Source: Candidatus Latescibacterota bacterium
GTDB taxonomy: Bacteria > Latescibacterota > UBA2968 > GCA-2709665
DNA: 64,000 nt
Direction: 5' to 3'
Assembly (NCBI GenBank): GCA_965248435.1
Contig: OZ252100.1
Coordinates: 2,496,001 to 2,560,000, forward strand
Translations under genes and position numbers: made by a program
Shown: one piece after another, positions 27,860-39,369 of the stretch
Layout: every line of letters begins with the position of its first letter
How positions within the stretch are numbered: position 1 is the first letter of the stretch
The notes under the pieces: generated by a model
Seen by the model: the letters and a program-made list of their open reading frames with translations, nothing else
Database searches by the model: none
Told to the model about the DNA's origin: nothing

Positions 27860-29617
27860 ATGTCACGTAATTCTAATTTCACCCTATCCTGCACCGTCGA
27901 CTTCCCGGACGACATCATCTACGGTCCGTACAGCGAACCCCTCCTGGACAAAATGATGCAGAAGATGGTGAGCATGGGCGTCAAGCGCATCTTCTGGAAT
28001 TTTTACGAGAACGAAATTTTTGATCGGTCCGTCTTTCGATATGGATACCAGACGCTTTCTCTGATTGGCGAACCCGTCAAGGCCGCGGTTCCGGTTGCAC
28101 ACAAGCACGGACTGGAGATCTACGCGGGGATAAAGCCGTTCAACGCAGGAACTTCAGGCTCTTTTCCAGAGGGATCGCCTGATGCCCGCGACCGCACGCT
28201 CTCCTGCATAGGGGGCAAGATCGCCCACGCCATGCCGTTTGTCGAAAATCACCCGGAGAAGAGGATTCGCAGGCGGGAATGCGACATATCGCCTGACCAC
28301 CCCGTCGAGAAGATCCGTCTTATCAAAAGAGATGACGCGCCCACACGGCTGAGAAAAGAAAACCTGGAGATCTGGACGAGCCAGAACAACCATCTCTACG
28401 AACGCAGACCCATCGAGTTCTCGCTCGAGGAAAATGTGCAGCCCGCACCACGTGAGATCATCGACTATTTCGGTGCCCTCGTGACGTCCAAAGGCGCCCC
28501 CGTCCAAGTGCTGACGCTGAAGGGCCTGAATCTCACCGATCGGTATATTCTTATCACCACAAATTTCAAGGACGATGCGGGCGATTTTCAGAACACCGCG
28601 GTCGGAATGATCGAAGCTTATGGGCCCGGTGATGAACGCTTGTCGATCGTCGTCGCGACGAGAAGGGCCGCGCTTTGTCGAACGCGTGATTTCAGAACTT
28701 ATGGTCTGGAATTTGACTCCGGCCTGGGGCCGGTCCAATTCTCGCTGGACGTATACAACGCGCCGGGTGGAGGAGAGGGCGGATACCTCATCGCCGAACA
28801 GGGCGGCGTCATCGCCTTCGCCAGGGGCAAGAACCAATACCTGCCCTGTGCACCCTGCGAGGCGTATCCGGAAGTCCGCGATTACTGGATGGGACAGGTT
28901 CGTCAAATGCTGGATGCCGGCGTGGATGGAATCGACATTCGCACCTCCGCGCACGGCAGCAATTCCGACGAGCCTCACGAGTTCGGGTTCAACGAACCGA
29001 TCGTAGATGAGTATCGGAGGAGATTTGGAAACGACCCGACCACTGATCAGGAAGACCTGAAGAAGATTGCCGAATTGCGCGGCGAGCACTACACCGCTTT
29101 CTTGAAAGAGGCTAGCCAGGCCGTCCGGGAAAATGGAAAGAAGATGCACGTCCACCTCCACGCCGAGGCCTTTCGCCCCGATCCTTGCTACGGTCAGCTG
29201 ATGGCCTTTCCGGCGAATCTCCACTTCGATTGGAAGCGCTGGCTCAGAGAAGGGCTGATCGACAGCGCCACGCTGCGAACCAGCTGGTGGGAGGCCGTAG
29301 AGGATGCATCCGACAAGGAACCCAGCCGAAGCCGACTGGAAAATGCGCTGGAGGATCCCGTTGTGAAGGAGATGCTCTCAGTCTCCAACGAAGTGAACGT
29401 CCCGGTCACGATCAATCGATACGTCCACCGTGCCGTCGGCACCGAAGAGTACGTCTCCGACCTGGAGACCATCTTCAACGATAACCGGTTTTCGGGCTTT
29501 GACCTTTATGAGTTCAAGAACCTCGCGCGCCCCACGCCGGATGGGTCTCGGTTGATCCATTACGAGGACAGGATCGATCGCATCATCCCGAAGGTGACCG
29601 AGCTCGGTCTTTTGTAA
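27860..29617 (+). CDS. Hypothetical protein, possibly glycoside-hydrolase-like TIM barrel with inserted domain
   Basis: 585-aa ORF; MGVKRIFW, AHKHGLEIYA, PEVRDY, GVDGIDIR, DWKRWL.EGLID resemble DUF187/GHL10-type strands. Confidence 0.55.
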   Translation: MSRNSNFTLSCTVDFPDDIIYGPYSEPLLDKMMQKMVSMGVKRIFWNFYENEIFDRSVFRYGYQTLSLIGEPVKAAVPVAHKHGLEIYAGIKPFNAGTSGSFPEGSPDARDRTLSCIGGKIAHAMPFVENHPEKRIRRRECDISPDHPVEKIRLIKRDDAPTRLRKENLEIWTSQNNHLYERRPIEFSLEENVQPAPREIIDYFGALVTSKGAPVQVLTLKGLNLTDRYILITTNFKDDAGDFQNTAVGMIEAYGPGDERLSIVVATRRAALCRTRDFRTYGLEFDSGLGPVQFSLDVYNAPGGGEGGYLIAEQGGVIAFARGKNQYLPCAPCEAYPEVRDYWMGQVRQMLDAGVDGIDIRTSAHGSNSDEPHEFGFNEPIVDEYRRRFGNDPTTDQEDLKKIAELRGEHYTAFLKEASQAVRENGKKMHVHLHAEAFRPDPCYGQLMAFPANLHFDWKRWLREGLIDSATLRTSWWEAVEDASDKEPSRSRLENALEDPVVKEMLSVSNEVNVPVTINRYVHRAVGTEEYVSDLETIFNDNRFSGFDLYEFKNLARPTPDGSRLIHYEDRIDRIIPKVTELGLL

Positions 29618-29763
29618 TCGGGCACTTTTGGCTGTGGACCCGACCCCGGCTTGAGGCACGCCGGGGCACGTCCAGTCGGGGAAAGGGCTATTGGCAGGGC
29701 ATTCAGGCCCGTGATTTGGGGTGCAGGGGTCACCTATGATTTTTCGAACACACTAGAACGGAT

Positions 29764-30663
29764 ATGAGCACAATGGGAAATAAAACATCCGCCGGAAAGG
29801 CTTTCAGACAGGCCATTGCGGAAGAACAGCCGCTCCAGGTCGTGGGGACCATCAACGCCTTTTCTGCCTTGATGGCAAAGCGTGCCGGGTTCCGGGCGAT
29901 CTACCTCTCCGGCTCTGGCGTCGCGGGCGCATCCTACGGGCTTCCCGACCTGGGGATCATCACGCTCGATAACGTCCTCGACGACACCCGCCGCGTTACT
30001 GATGCCGTGGACCTTCCTCTCCTGGTCGACATCGACACCGGATTCGGGGGCACGGAGTTCTCGATCGCCCGCACCATTCAGACTCTGGAAAAAGCGGGTG
30101 CTGCCGCAGTACATTTGGAAGACCAGGTGCTTCAAAAGCGGTGTGGCCATCGTCCGGGCAAAGAGGTCGTCTCACGGGAAGAGATGTCCGACCGCATCGG
30201 AGCCGCCGTCGACGCGCGGTCCGATCCCGAGTTCATGATCATCGCCAGGACGGATGCCTTCGCCAGCGAAGGGCTGAAGGGTGCTCTCGAAAGGAGCAAA
30301 GCCTATGTGGATGCCGGAGCGGACGCCATCTTCGCGGAAGCCCTGACGACAGTCGAGGAATACGAGACATTCACGAAGGAACTCTCGGCCCCTGTCCTCG
30401 CGAATCTGACCGAATTCGGAAAGACCCCCCTCTTCTCGCTCGAAGAAATGCGTAAGGCCGGTGTGGCGATCGTCCTCTATCCCCTGTCGGCATTCCGGGC
30501 GATGAACAAGGCGGCAGAAGAGACCTACCGAACGATCAGGGGGGAAGGGTCGCAATCCTCGTTTTTGGACAGCATGCAGACACGAGAGGAATACTACGAC
30601 CTGCTCGACTACTACGCCTATGAAAGCACGGCCGATCGCTTGCAGAAGGGAGAACAGGAATGA
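29764..30663 (+). CDS. prpB: 2-methylisocitrate lyase
   Basis: [21 protein letters not shown]...KRCGH, ARTDA, N.TEFGKTP. Confidence 0.95.
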   Translation: MSTMGNKTSAGKAFRQAIAEEQPLQVVGTINAFSALMAKRAGFRAIYLSGSGVAGASYGLPDLGIITLDNVLDDTRRVTDAVDLPLLVDIDTGFGGTEFSIARTIQTLEKAGAAAVHLEDQVLQKRCGHRPGKEVVSREEMSDRIGAAVDARSDPEFMIIARTDAFASEGLKGALERSKAYVDAGADAIFAEALTTVEEYETFTKELSAPVLANLTEFGKTPLFSLEEMRKAGVAIVLYPLSAFRAMNKAAEETYRTIRGEGSQSSFLDSMQTREEYYDLLDYYAYESTADRLQKGEQE

Positions 30664-31787
30664 GTACGGACAAGAACGAAACGACTGCCCTTGGATTGCG
30701 AGGAATAAAGGCGGGTCACACATCGATCTGCACGGTAGGCGGGGAGGGACACGGCCTCCACTATCGCGGCTACTCGATCGAAGACCTTGCGCCCAAAAGC
30801 AACTTCGAGGAGGTATCCTACCTGCTGTTGAACGGAGAGCTGCCTTCTCGGGGAGAGCTTGACGAATGGTCCACGCGGCTGATGCACAATCGCCACCTGC
30901 CAGAATCCGTCAAAGGCATCCTCTCTTCTCTTCCTGCTGATGCGAATGGAATGGACGTCCTGCGCACGGGCGTCTCCGTCCTCGGAATCGCAGAGCCCGA
31001 AATCGGTCTCGAAAATGGAAAAGAACGGGCCGTCCGGCTGCTCGGCGCACTACCCTCCATGCTGGGTTGCTGGATCCTCGGGACGAGCGGCTCCGAGGTG
31101 CCCTACGACATCGAGACAGACAGCTTCGCAGAATACGTTCTGAGGATGGTAAAGCCCGAGGCGCCCAACGAACTCGAGTGTAAGATGATGGACTGCTCCC
31201 TCATCCTCTACGCGGAGCACGAGTTCAACGCCTCGACCTTCACAGCCCGAACGTGCGCGTCGACCCTCTCCGATTTTTATTCGTGCATCACCGCAGCGAT
31301 CGGTACGCTCAGAGGCCCTCTGCACGGCGGCGCGAACGAAGCCACGATGGAACTCGTCAGCCGCTTTTCTAATCCGGACGAAGCGGTCAAGGGCATCCAC
31401 GAAATGCTCAACGAAAAGCAGATCGTGATGGGATTCGGGCACGCCGTCTACAAGGTCCGGGACCCCAGAAACGAAACGATAAAGGAATGGGCCCGAAGGC
31501 TCTCTGAGGCCAGGAACGACACGAAGCTTTTCGATATATCGAAGGCCATCGACGAGTTGATGCACGAAGAGAAGGGCCTCTTCCCGAACCTCGACTTCTA
31601 CTCCGCAACGGCCTACCACATGGCCGGCATCAAGACAGAGCTCTTCACGCCCCTGTTCGTCCTGAGTCGGACCAGCGGCTGGTCCGCCCACGTCCTGGAA
31701 CAGCGGAGCAATAACAAACTCATTCGTCCGCTGGCCAACTACCAGGGCCCCGAGCCGCGCGAATACATCCCGATCGAGACACGCTGA
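30660..31787 (+). CDS. prpC: 2-methylcitrate synthase
   Basis: [37 protein letters not shown]; between prpB and prpD. Confidence 0.93.
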   Translation: MSTDKNETTALGLRGIKAGHTSICTVGGEGHGLHYRGYSIEDLAPKSNFEEVSYLLLNGELPSRGELDEWSTRLMHNRHLPESVKGILSSLPADANGMDVLRTGVSVLGIAEPEIGLENGKERAVRLLGALPSMLGCWILGTSGSEVPYDIETDSFAEYVLRMVKPEAPNELECKMMDCSLILYAEHEFNASTFTARTCASTLSDFYSCITAAIGTLRGPLHGGANEATMELVSRFSNPDEAVKGIHEMLNEKQIVMGFGHAVYKVRDPRNETIKEWARRLSEARNDTKLFDISKAIDELMHEEKGLFPNLDFYSATAYHMAGIKTELFTPLFVLSRTSGWSAHVLEQRSNNKLIRPLANYQGPEPREYIPIETR

Positions 31788-31801
31788 CCTCGCTCCCGGC
31801 C

Positions 31802-33244
31802 ATGTCCTCCCATACTCCGTCAAAGAGCCGTCCCGATTTCGATTCCGAAATCGTGGACATCGCGGACTACGTCCTCAAGTCTCGAATCGATTCGGCCGAG
31901 GCCGTCAACACGGCACGACTCTGCCTGATGGACAGCATCGGCTGCGCGATCCTCGCCTTGAAATTCCCGGAATGTCGCAAAATGCTGGGCCCGATCGCGC
32001 CGGATGCCGTCTGTCCCTCGGGCGCGCGTGTGCCGGGTACCGCATACGTGTTGGATCCCGTAACGGCAGCCTTCAACATCGGCACCACGATCCGCTGGCT
32101 GGACTTCAACGACACCTGGTTGGCCGCAGAGTGGGGACACCCCTCCGATAACCTGGGCGCCATCCTCGCGGTCTCAGACTGGCTCTCGCGCAGGCCCTCC
32201 GGGACGAGGCCGAAGAAAATTTCCGACGTTCTCACCGCGATGATCAAGGCCCACGAAATCCAGGGTGTGATGGCCCTGGAAAACAGCTTCAATCAGCGCG
32301 GCCTGGATCACGTCATCCTCGTCAAGCTCGCGAGCTGCGCCGTCGCTGCCGGATTGCTGGGATGCAGCGAGGAGCAGGTCGCGAACGCCATCTCTCAGGT
32401 CTGGTGCGACCTCGGGCCGCTGCGTACTTATCGCCACGCGCCGAACACAGGCTCCAGAAAGAGCTGGGCCGCCGGTGACGCTACGAGCCGCGGCCTCTTT
32501 TTGGCCCTGCAGAGCGAACGTGGAGAAATGGGTTATCCCACCGCCCTCACGGCCCCGGAGTGGGGATTCTATGACCGGATCTGGGGAGGTGAGCGCTTCC
32601 GATTCCAGCGGTCGTACGGGTCCTACGTCATGGAGAACCTGCTCTTCAAGGTCTCCTACCCGGCGGAGTTTCACGCCCAGACGTCGGTCGAGGCGGCTAT
32701 CCAGCTTCATCCCCAGGTGTCGGAGCGCCTGGATGACATCGACCGGATCGAGATCATCACGCACGAGGCCGCCGTTCGCATCATCGACAAGAAGGGCCCC
32801 CTACACAACCCGGCAGACCGCGACCACTGTCTCCAGTACATGACTGCCGTCGCGCTCATCTTCGGCGACCTCACGGCGGAAGATTACGAAGCGGAAAGGG
32901 CCGGAGATCCTCGAATCGATGCGCTGAGAGACAAAATGCGGGTCGTCGAAGACCCCGGCTACACGAAGGACTACCACGATCCCGAAAAACGGTCGATCGC
33001 CAACAGACTGCAGGTCTTCTTCAATGACGGGTCCTCCACCGAGCCAGTTACGGTCGAATATCCGATCGGCCACCGTCGACGCAGACAGGAGGCGATTCCC
33101 CTCCTGGAGCGCAAGTTTACCGAGAACATGAGGACCTGTTTCGCCGATGACTTCGTTAGTGAACTTCTGGATCTGCTCAGGGATTCCGAACGCCTAGAGC
33201 AAATGCCTGTCGATCAGTTTATGGGCCTGCTCCAGAAGTCTTAG
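31802..33244 (+). CDS. prpD: 2-methylcitrate dehydratase
   Basis: [55 protein letters not shown]. Confidence 0.97.
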   Translation: MSSHTPSKSRPDFDSEIVDIADYVLKSRIDSAEAVNTARLCLMDSIGCAILALKFPECRKMLGPIAPDAVCPSGARVPGTAYVLDPVTAAFNIGTTIRWLDFNDTWLAAEWGHPSDNLGAILAVSDWLSRRPSGTRPKKISDVLTAMIKAHEIQGVMALENSFNQRGLDHVILVKLASCAVAAGLLGCSEEQVANAISQVWCDLGPLRTYRHAPNTGSRKSWAAGDATSRGLFLALQSERGEMGYPTALTAPEWGFYDRIWGGERFRFQRSYGSYVMENLLFKVSYPAEFHAQTSVEAAIQLHPQVSERLDDIDRIEIITHEAAVRIIDKKGPLHNPADRDHCLQYMTAVALIFGDLTAEDYEAERAGDPRIDALRDKMRVVEDPGYTKDYHDPEKRSIANRLQVFFNDGSSTEPVTVEYPIGHRRRRQEAIPLLERKFTENMRTCFADDFVSELLDLLRDSERLEQMPVDQFMGLLQKS

Positions 33245-33328
33245 TACACTGTAAAACGGAATTTGACTCCCGCAGGGCTCGTGCTCTACGGGTCCGTTGA
33301 TCAATGAACTGTTCACGTATTGAATCTG

Positions 33329-33399
33329 GTAGGAGCCAGCTCCTGCTGGCGAAGGCGAGCATCGGGGTGAAGGGTTCGCCGCCTGGAGGCGGCCCCTAC
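33329..33399. repeat. Inverted pair of GTAG-type REP palindromes
   Basis: gtaggagccagctcctgctggcga ... ttcgccgcctggaggcggcccctac. Confidence 0.65.
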
Positions 33400-33435
33400 C
33401 GAACCAGGCGAGACACGGAGGTTGCAAACCCGCAA

Positions 33436-33477
33436 AAATGATATCCGCGACAACGCGTGTCGTCGCGGATATCATTT
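33436..33477. terminator. 16-bp-stem hairpin between convergent genes (possible bidirectional terminator)
   Basis: aaatgatatccgcgac / gtcgcggatatcattt. Confidence 0.6.
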
Positions 33478-33497
33478 CCAGACAGTTCGGCATGCGC

Positions 33498-34229
33498 TTA
33501 CGAGAAACCGATCTTGAGACAGGATTCATCGCGCCATCTCGGGCTCGTCTTCTCCTGTTCTTTGGTCCATCGTGCGATGCAGGAACAGTTCTGCGCAATC
33601 ACTTCGAAGGTCCGGTTCGCGACGATCCGGTGTCCGAGATCGTTCGCGTGCACACCGTCGTAATGGATCATCCACTCCGTCTCCTGGTACGCGTCCAACA
33701 GGTCTACGTATAGACAATCCAGCTCACCGGCCAGTCTGCCGATACCTTGGTTGTATTCCTTGAAGACGCCCAGATCACCCAGTCCGAATCCAGACTCGTG
33801 GCCCAGATTGAAATCGGTCATAAAGTAGGGCCCGGGCAGAACGATCACCGGATCGATCGCTTCGCGCACGCGTTCGACCAGCTGCGTCATCTCCTCCAGA
33901 AACAGATCCAGCGGCGTACCGCCTCTGGCATCGTTCAGACCATAGGAAATTACGAGCAGATCCGGCCCTTCCTCGATGACCTGCTTGTCCAGTCTCTCAT
34001 TCGCCGCCGGCTTCCCACTCCCCTCATAACACGGGCTGCGCGTCGAGATCACGTTCGCCCCGATGCCCATGTTCACGACCTCTGCCGGCGCCTCCTGAAA
34101 ATCGTTGATCAGGTCGCCAAGCCGGCTGACCCAGCACCTTTCCCGGCGCGTCGACCACCCGCCCGCTGTCGTGCTCTCGCCCAGCGCAACAAACTTTTTG
34201 AACTCGTCAGACCTGTAGTCTTTTTTCAT
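33498..34229 (-). CDS. SGNH/GDSL hydrolase
   Basis: ALGESTT.G, NMGIG, YGLND, DGVHAN..GH. Confidence 0.85.
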   Translation of the reverse strand: MKKDYRSDEFKKFVALGESTTAGGWSTRRERCWVSRLGDLINDFQEAPAEVVNMGIGANVISTRSPCYEGSGKPAANERLDKQVIEEGPDLLVISYGLNDARGGTPLDLFLEEMTQLVERVREAIDPVIVLPGPYFMTDFNLGHESGFGLGDLGVFKEYNQGIGRLAGELDCLYVDLLDAYQETEWMIHYDGVHANDLGHRIVANRTFEVIAQNCSCIARWTKEQEKTSPRWRDESCLKIGFS

Positions 34230-34297
34230 GGTTCTTCCTATCGAATTTGATTTGATTTTCTCTGCAACCTCTTTGTCTCTGCGGTGAGTTATGTTTC

Positions 34298-34330
34298 AAT
34301 CCGCAATCTAAAATCCGCAATCCGCAATTG
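34298..34330 (+). repeat. AATCCGC heptamer tandem array
   Basis: aatccgc aatctaa aatccgc aatccgc aat. Confidence 0.8.
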
Positions 34331-34413
34331 AAACCCCCCTGGATAAGAAACGCGCAAGATAATAAACGCGTCTACAAAGTCAACATTCCCAATCTGAATC
34401 CTTGGAGGCTCTT

Positions 34414-36051
34414 ATGCAGTCACCACACGGCGTGAACTTCACCGCATTTCGACCCTCTGTCATGGCCCGGAACGGGATGGTCACATCCGGACATCCCCTG
34501 GCGTCACAGGCCGGAATTCAGGCGCTGCAGTCCGGAGGAAACGCAGTCGATGCCGCCATCGCCGTCGCCGCCGCCCTCGGCGTTGTGGAGCCCAACATGT
34601 CCGGCGTCGGCGGTGATGGGTTTATCCTAATCTACTGGGCCGACGATCAATCCGTCTCTGCGGTCAATGCGACCGGACCGGCCCCACAGGCTGCAACACG
34701 TGAACGCTACGTAGAGCAGGGCGGCATCCCGATGACCGGAATCCTGAGCGTCTCCCTCCCAGGAATGGTCGACGGCTGGCTGCTCGCCCATCAACGATAC
34801 GGCGCGCTCAAAATGGAAACCCTGTTCGAGTCAGCAATCTCACTCTGTGAAGACGGTTTTCCGGTGAGTCATAGGCTGGTCAAGGATATCGATTCCGCTG
34901 GCCCCAACCTCTTTTCTGAACCCAGCACGCGTGCCGTGCTAAGCCATAACGGGTCACCTCTCAAGACAGGGGAGCTCCTCGTCCAAAAGGACCTCGGGGC
35001 GACCCTTCGCAAGATCGTGGCCCAGGGCCGCGAGGCGCTCTACGAAGGTGAAATCGCCAGGTCGATCGTCAAATTCTCGGAGGCCAACGGGGGGCTGCTC
35101 CGCGAAGCGGATTTCGCAGGCTATCACGCCCATTGGGATGACCCCATCCACACGAACTACCGGGGCTACGAAGTCTACGAGATGCCTCCCAATTCGAGCG
35201 GTCACATCCTGCTGCAGGAGTTGAATCTGGTCGAACGATACGACCTCCTGTCCACGGGCTGCAATACCGCAGAGAGCGTCCATATCATGGTGGAGGCGAA
35301 GAAGCTCGCCTTTGCTGACCGGGAAAAGTATGTCGCCGACCCCGAGTGGACCGACATCCCCCTCCAGGGCCTCCTATCCAAGGCCTATGCGGAGGAACGG
35401 GCTGCCCTCATAGATCCGGACAGGGCCGCGCCCTCGTTCTCGGCCGGACTGCCCGAGTCGACCGGAGACACGACCTGTTTTTGCACCGCCGACGGGCAGG
35501 GCAACCTCGTCTGCGTCCTGCAGTCTATCCAATCCTCCTTCGGCTCACAGGTCATCGCCGGGGATACGGGGATCCTGCTCAACAACCGGATGACCTACTG
35601 GCATCTCGAGCCCGACCATCCCAACTGCCTCCAGCCGGGCAAGCGCGTTCGCCATACCATGAATCCCGTCATCGTCACCTACGAAGGCAGGCCCTATCTC
35701 ACCTGCGGCACCCCCGGCGCGGATACCCAGGTCCAGACCAACCTCCAGCTGATCACCCACATTCTCGACTTCGGCATGATGCCGCAGGAGGCCGTGGAGG
35801 CCCCTCGGTGGAGGAGCTGGCAGGACCCGATGGAATCCACCGTTCCTCACACTTGTGAGAACGTTCTGGACGTAGAAGCCAGATTCTCCGAGGAAGCGAA
35901 GGAGGGTCTCCGTGGGAAGGGCCACTCGCTTCAGATCCTGGCCGATTGGGGCGGGCCCGGCAGTGCGCAGGCCATTCACGTCCACCCGCAATCGAACGCA
36001 CTTATCGGGGGGTCAGATCCACGGAGAGACGGCTATGCGGTTGGATGGTGA
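34414..36051 (+). CDS. ggt: Gamma-glutamyltransferase family
   Basis: GGNAVDAA, SGVGGD.F, PPNS.G, AFADR, DTT nucleophile, LNNR, GTPG, SDPRRDG. Confidence 0.9.
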   Translation: MQSPHGVNFTAFRPSVMARNGMVTSGHPLASQAGIQALQSGGNAVDAAIAVAAALGVVEPNMSGVGGDGFILIYWADDQSVSAVNATGPAPQAATRERYVEQGGIPMTGILSVSLPGMVDGWLLAHQRYGALKMETLFESAISLCEDGFPVSHRLVKDIDSAGPNLFSEPSTRAVLSHNGSPLKTGELLVQKDLGATLRKIVAQGREALYEGEIARSIVKFSEANGGLLREADFAGYHAHWDDPIHTNYRGYEVYEMPPNSSGHILLQELNLVERYDLLSTGCNTAESVHIMVEAKKLAFADREKYVADPEWTDIPLQGLLSKAYAEERAALIDPDRAAPSFSAGLPESTGDTTCFCTADGQGNLVCVLQSIQSSFGSQVIAGDTGILLNNRMTYWHLEPDHPNCLQPGKRVRHTMNPVIVTYEGRPYLTCGTPGADTQVQTNLQLITHILDFGMMPQEAVEAPRWRSWQDPMESTVPHTCENVLDVEARFSEEAKEGLRGKGHSLQILADWGGPGSAQAIHVHPQSNALIGGSDPRRDGYAVGW

Positions 36052-36087
36052 GTGCTAGAGGAATTCTTGGCGGGAAGCATCGACCGT

Positions 36088-36816
36088 TCAGTCGGTCTGA
36101 CTCAGGATTCCCAGGTAGGCCTTCACCGTATTCGCCAGGCCCATCTCCAGGGCCTCCCCTGTGAGGGCGTGGCCGATCGACACCTCCAGGATGCCCGGGA
36201 TCGAGCAAAACTTGCCCACGTTCTCCAGGTTCAGATCGTGCCCTGCGTTCACGCCCAGGCCGGAACCCCGGGCCGCGCGTGCCGCTTCACCGTACTCCTT
36301 CCAAATCGGTTCGGGATCACCTTCCCGAAATGCGGTCGCATAAGGCTCCGTATAGAGCTCGATTCGATCCGCGCCGATCTCCTTCGCACCAGGAATCTCG
36401 TCCGAGTCGTAGTCCATGAAGAGGCTGACCCGGCTGCCCAGGTCCTTCATTTCAGCGATCAGTGGGCGAAGGCGCGCGCCGTCCTTCTGGAGTGTCCAGC
36501 CGTGATCGGAGGTGACGGCATCGGGCGAGTCAGGCACAAGCGTGCATTGCGTCGGCTTCACCTTTCGCACGATGTCCATGTAGCTCCCCTCGAACGGGTT
36601 TCCTTCGATGTTGAACTCCACTGAGGTCACTAGATCAGCGAGCTCATACACGTCCGAAAAACGGATGTGTCTCTCGTCCGGACGGGGATGCACGGTGATC
36701 CCGTAGGCGCCCGAATCGATGCAGATCCGCGCCGCCTTCGTCACGCTCGGGATCCCGATCGTCCGCTGATTTCTGAGCAGCGCGACTTTATTCAAGTTGA
36801 CGCTCAGGTGGGTCAT
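36088..36816 (-). CDS. pdxJ: Pyridoxine 5'-phosphate synthase
   Basis: LSVNLNKVA.LRN, TVHPRPDERHI, TSDHG, IELYT, NAGHDL, EVSIGHA. Confidence 0.96.
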   Translation of the reverse strand: MTHLSVNLNKVALLRNQRTIGIPSVTKAARICIDSGAYGITVHPRPDERHIRFSDVYELADLVTSVEFNIEGNPFEGSYMDIVRKVKPTQCTLVPDSPDAVTSDHGWTLQKDGARLRPLIAEMKDLGSRVSLFMDYDSDEIPGAKEIGADRIELYTEPYATAFREGDPEPIWKEYGEAARAARGSGLGVNAGHDLNLENVGKFCSIPGILEVSIGHALTGEALEMGLANTVKAYLGILSQTD

Positions 36817-37000
36817 CTTTTGGGCCTTTCTCCGATCTTCGCAGTGCGGGAAATCGACTCGATTCCGTTAACAAAATGCTGTGAAGTTTGACCTTTGTCA
36901 AGATCACCGGCGTGATGCAAAGGCCTTGGATCTCTCTATAGGGCTGCATATATTCAAAATCGCTTTGTAACCTCCACTCCTCTTACCAGGAAATGCCTCC

Positions 37001-38452
37001 TTGAAACCGACCAACCTCCTCTTCATCATGTCGGATCAGCACAGCCGGGACAAAACCGGCTGCTACGGCCATCCCCTGGTCCAGACGCCGCACATCGACG
37101 GCCTCGCCTCGCGCGGCACCCGATTTTCGAACGCTTACACGAACTGCCCGATCTGTGTCCCTGCCCGTGGGGCTCTGGCGACGGGGCGATACGTTCATCA
37201 AACCGGTTTCTGGGACAACGGCATCCCCTACGACGGCAGCGTGCCGAGCTGGGGCCACCGCCTCAAGGAGCAGGGCACAACCGTCGATTCGATCGGCAAG
37301 CTCCACTTCCGCAGCGCAGATGACGACAACGGATTCTGCGAGGAAATCGGACCGTTGCACGTCGTAGATGGCCTTGGGGATCTCCTCGGCTGCATACGGT
37401 CGGAGGGCCTGTCCCGAGACAGACGGTCCAATGTACTGGGCGCAGGCCCGGGGGACTCCACATATCTTCAATACGACGGGCTGAACGCGGATCGCGCGTG
37501 CAGCTGGCTGGCCGATCACGCCACGGAAACCAGACCGTGGGTCCTCTTCTTGTCGTTCGTTTGTCCTCACCCTCCTTACATCTCCCCGAAGTCGCTTTTT
37601 GATCTCTATCCCGCGGAGGACATCCCGCTGCCTCCGCAGTGGCGCCCCGAGGACTGGCCCCATCATCCCGCGATCGAGGAATTCCGGAGATTCCTCCACT
37701 ATGCGGAACCCTTCGACGAGTCGGTCGTACGCAACGCCTCGGCGGCTTACTATGGAATGTGTACCTATCTCGACGGGCAGATCGGCGGGGTGTTGCGTGC
37801 GCTCGAAGAAAGCGAGCTGAGCGAGACAACCCGCATCATCTACACTTCAGACCACGGCGACAGTCTAGGGGCGCGTGGACTCTTCGGAAAGTTTACAATG
37901 TACGAAGAGTCCTCCGCCGTCCCGCTCATTCTCTGCGGCCCCGACGTGCCGGAAGATCGCGTGGTTAACACGCCCGTTTCTCTCGTCGACATTTTTCCCA
38001 GCGTTCTGGATGCCGTCGGCGCGGCGCGATCCCCAGAGGACAGCGACCTTCCAGGAGCATCGCTCTGGCCAATCGCGAGTGATTCAGACGCGGAGCGGAC
38101 CGTCTTCAGTGAGTACCACGCCCTCGCTTCGAAGAATGCCATCTACATGCTTCGAGACTTGCGCTATAAGTACATCTACCACGTCGATGGCCCTCCCTTA
38201 CTGTTCGATCTGGAGATGGATCCCGACGAAACGAGCGACCTCTCGGCGCTCCGAGAATCAGAGCCCGTCCTGAGTGCGTTTGAAGCCCAGCTTCGCGCCC
38301 TGCTGGATCCCGAAGCGACTGACGCCCGAGCAAAGGCAGACCAGAGGGCAAAAATCGAGGCCTTTGGCGGAGAGACAGAAGTCAGGAAGCGTGGTGCCTT
38401 TACGAATTCTCCAGTCCCCGGGGAAGCGGCCGCGTTCAAGCAATACAGTTAG
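37001..38452 (+). CDS. Sulfatase (choline-sulfatase-like)
   Basis: SDQH, CVPAR formylglycine motif, GKLH, PHPP, SDHG, MYE.S..VP. Confidence 0.9.
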   Translation: MKPTNLLFIMSDQHSRDKTGCYGHPLVQTPHIDGLASRGTRFSNAYTNCPICVPARGALATGRYVHQTGFWDNGIPYDGSVPSWGHRLKEQGTTVDSIGKLHFRSADDDNGFCEEIGPLHVVDGLGDLLGCIRSEGLSRDRRSNVLGAGPGDSTYLQYDGLNADRACSWLADHATETRPWVLFLSFVCPHPPYISPKSLFDLYPAEDIPLPPQWRPEDWPHHPAIEEFRRFLHYAEPFDESVVRNASAAYYGMCTYLDGQIGGVLRALEESELSETTRIIYTSDHGDSLGARGLFGKFTMYEESSAVPLILCGPDVPEDRVVNTPVSLVDIFPSVLDAVGAARSPEDSDLPGASLWPIASDSDAERTVFSEYHALASKNAIYMLRDLRYKYIYHVDGPPLLFDLEMDPDETSDLSALRESEPVLSAFEAQLRALLDPEATDARAKADQRAKIEAFGGETEVRKRGAFTNSPVPGEAAAFKQYS

Positions 38453-38463
38453 GAGACGACGAC

Positions 38464-39228
38464 GTGACGGCCGAACAAAAGTTCATGTTCGACCTGGAAG
38501 GATATCTCCTTCTCAAGAGCATCCTTACCGCGGATGAAATTGCGGAGCTGAATGCCGTCGCCGACCGGGTCTGTACCGATGAATACCCCGAATCGGGAAC
38601 CAAACAAATCTTTAACATCTCAAAATGGGGTCGAGCCTACCAGGACCTGATCGATCATCCAAAAATTGTACCCTACCTGCTGGAGCTGGTCGGTCCCAAG
38701 TTTCGGATTGACCACGACTACTGCATCTTCATGAGGACAGGCGGTACGCGCGGGCGCCTGCACGGCGGCTCCATCGATCACATTACGAACCGTAATGCCG
38801 ACCACTGGTACAAGTGGCGGGACGGCGTCATCCGAAACGGTCTCACCGTCGTAACCTACTTCCTTGCGCCCGCCGGGCCGGGAGACGGTGGCTTCTGTTG
38901 CGTTCCCGGCAGCCACAAGAGCAACTGCGTGAGGAACGTGCCGGAGGACGTTCGCCATTTCAAACGTCCCGCTCATTATGTCGTGCCGCTCGAAGCGGAA
39001 GCGGGAGACGCGGTCGTTTTCACCGAGGCCCTCATCCACGGCACCATGCCCTGGACTGCAGAACACGAGCGGCGGACCCTCCTCTACAAATACACGCCCG
39101 GTCATTCATCCTGGTCCAGCGACTACTACCGCCTGGAGGACTATGAAGGCCTTACGGAACAGCAGAAGCGAATCATGGCCCCACCCTTCATTGATCGAAG
39201 ACCTTTCACGGTAGAAGACAGCGAATAG
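38464..39228 (+). CDS. Phytanoyl-CoA dioxygenase-family protein
   Basis: FDLEGYL, LHGG, GG...VPGSHK, AGD...F.E...HG, RR.L.YKY. Confidence 0.8.
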   Translation: MTAEQKFMFDLEGYLLLKSILTADEIAELNAVADRVCTDEYPESGTKQIFNISKWGRAYQDLIDHPKIVPYLLELVGPKFRIDHDYCIFMRTGGTRGRLHGGSIDHITNRNADHWYKWRDGVIRNGLTVVTYFLAPAGPGDGGFCCVPGSHKSNCVRNVPEDVRHFKRPAHYVVPLEAEAGDAVVFTEALIHGTMPWTAEHERRTLLYKYTPGHSSWSSDYYRLEDYEGLTEQQKRIMAPPFIDRRPFTVEDSE

Positions 39229-39230
39229 GA

Positions 39231-39347
39231 AAGTTTCTAGTTTCTGGGTTCGAGTTTCTAGTTCACATCAAATCAGCTGAGAATTCGCATACTGTTTTGT
39301 TTTTGAACTCGAAACCTTAAACTCGAAAACTTAAACTCGAAAACTTA
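39231..39347. repeat. Inverted pair of heptamer arrays (AGTTTCT/GAGTTTC versus AAACTCG/AAAACTT)
   Basis: agtttct agtttct gggttcg agtttct ... gaactcg aaacctt aaactcg aaaactt aaactcg aaaactt. Confidence 0.75.
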
Positions 39348-39369
39348 TTCAGCCGATCGGAGAACCAGA

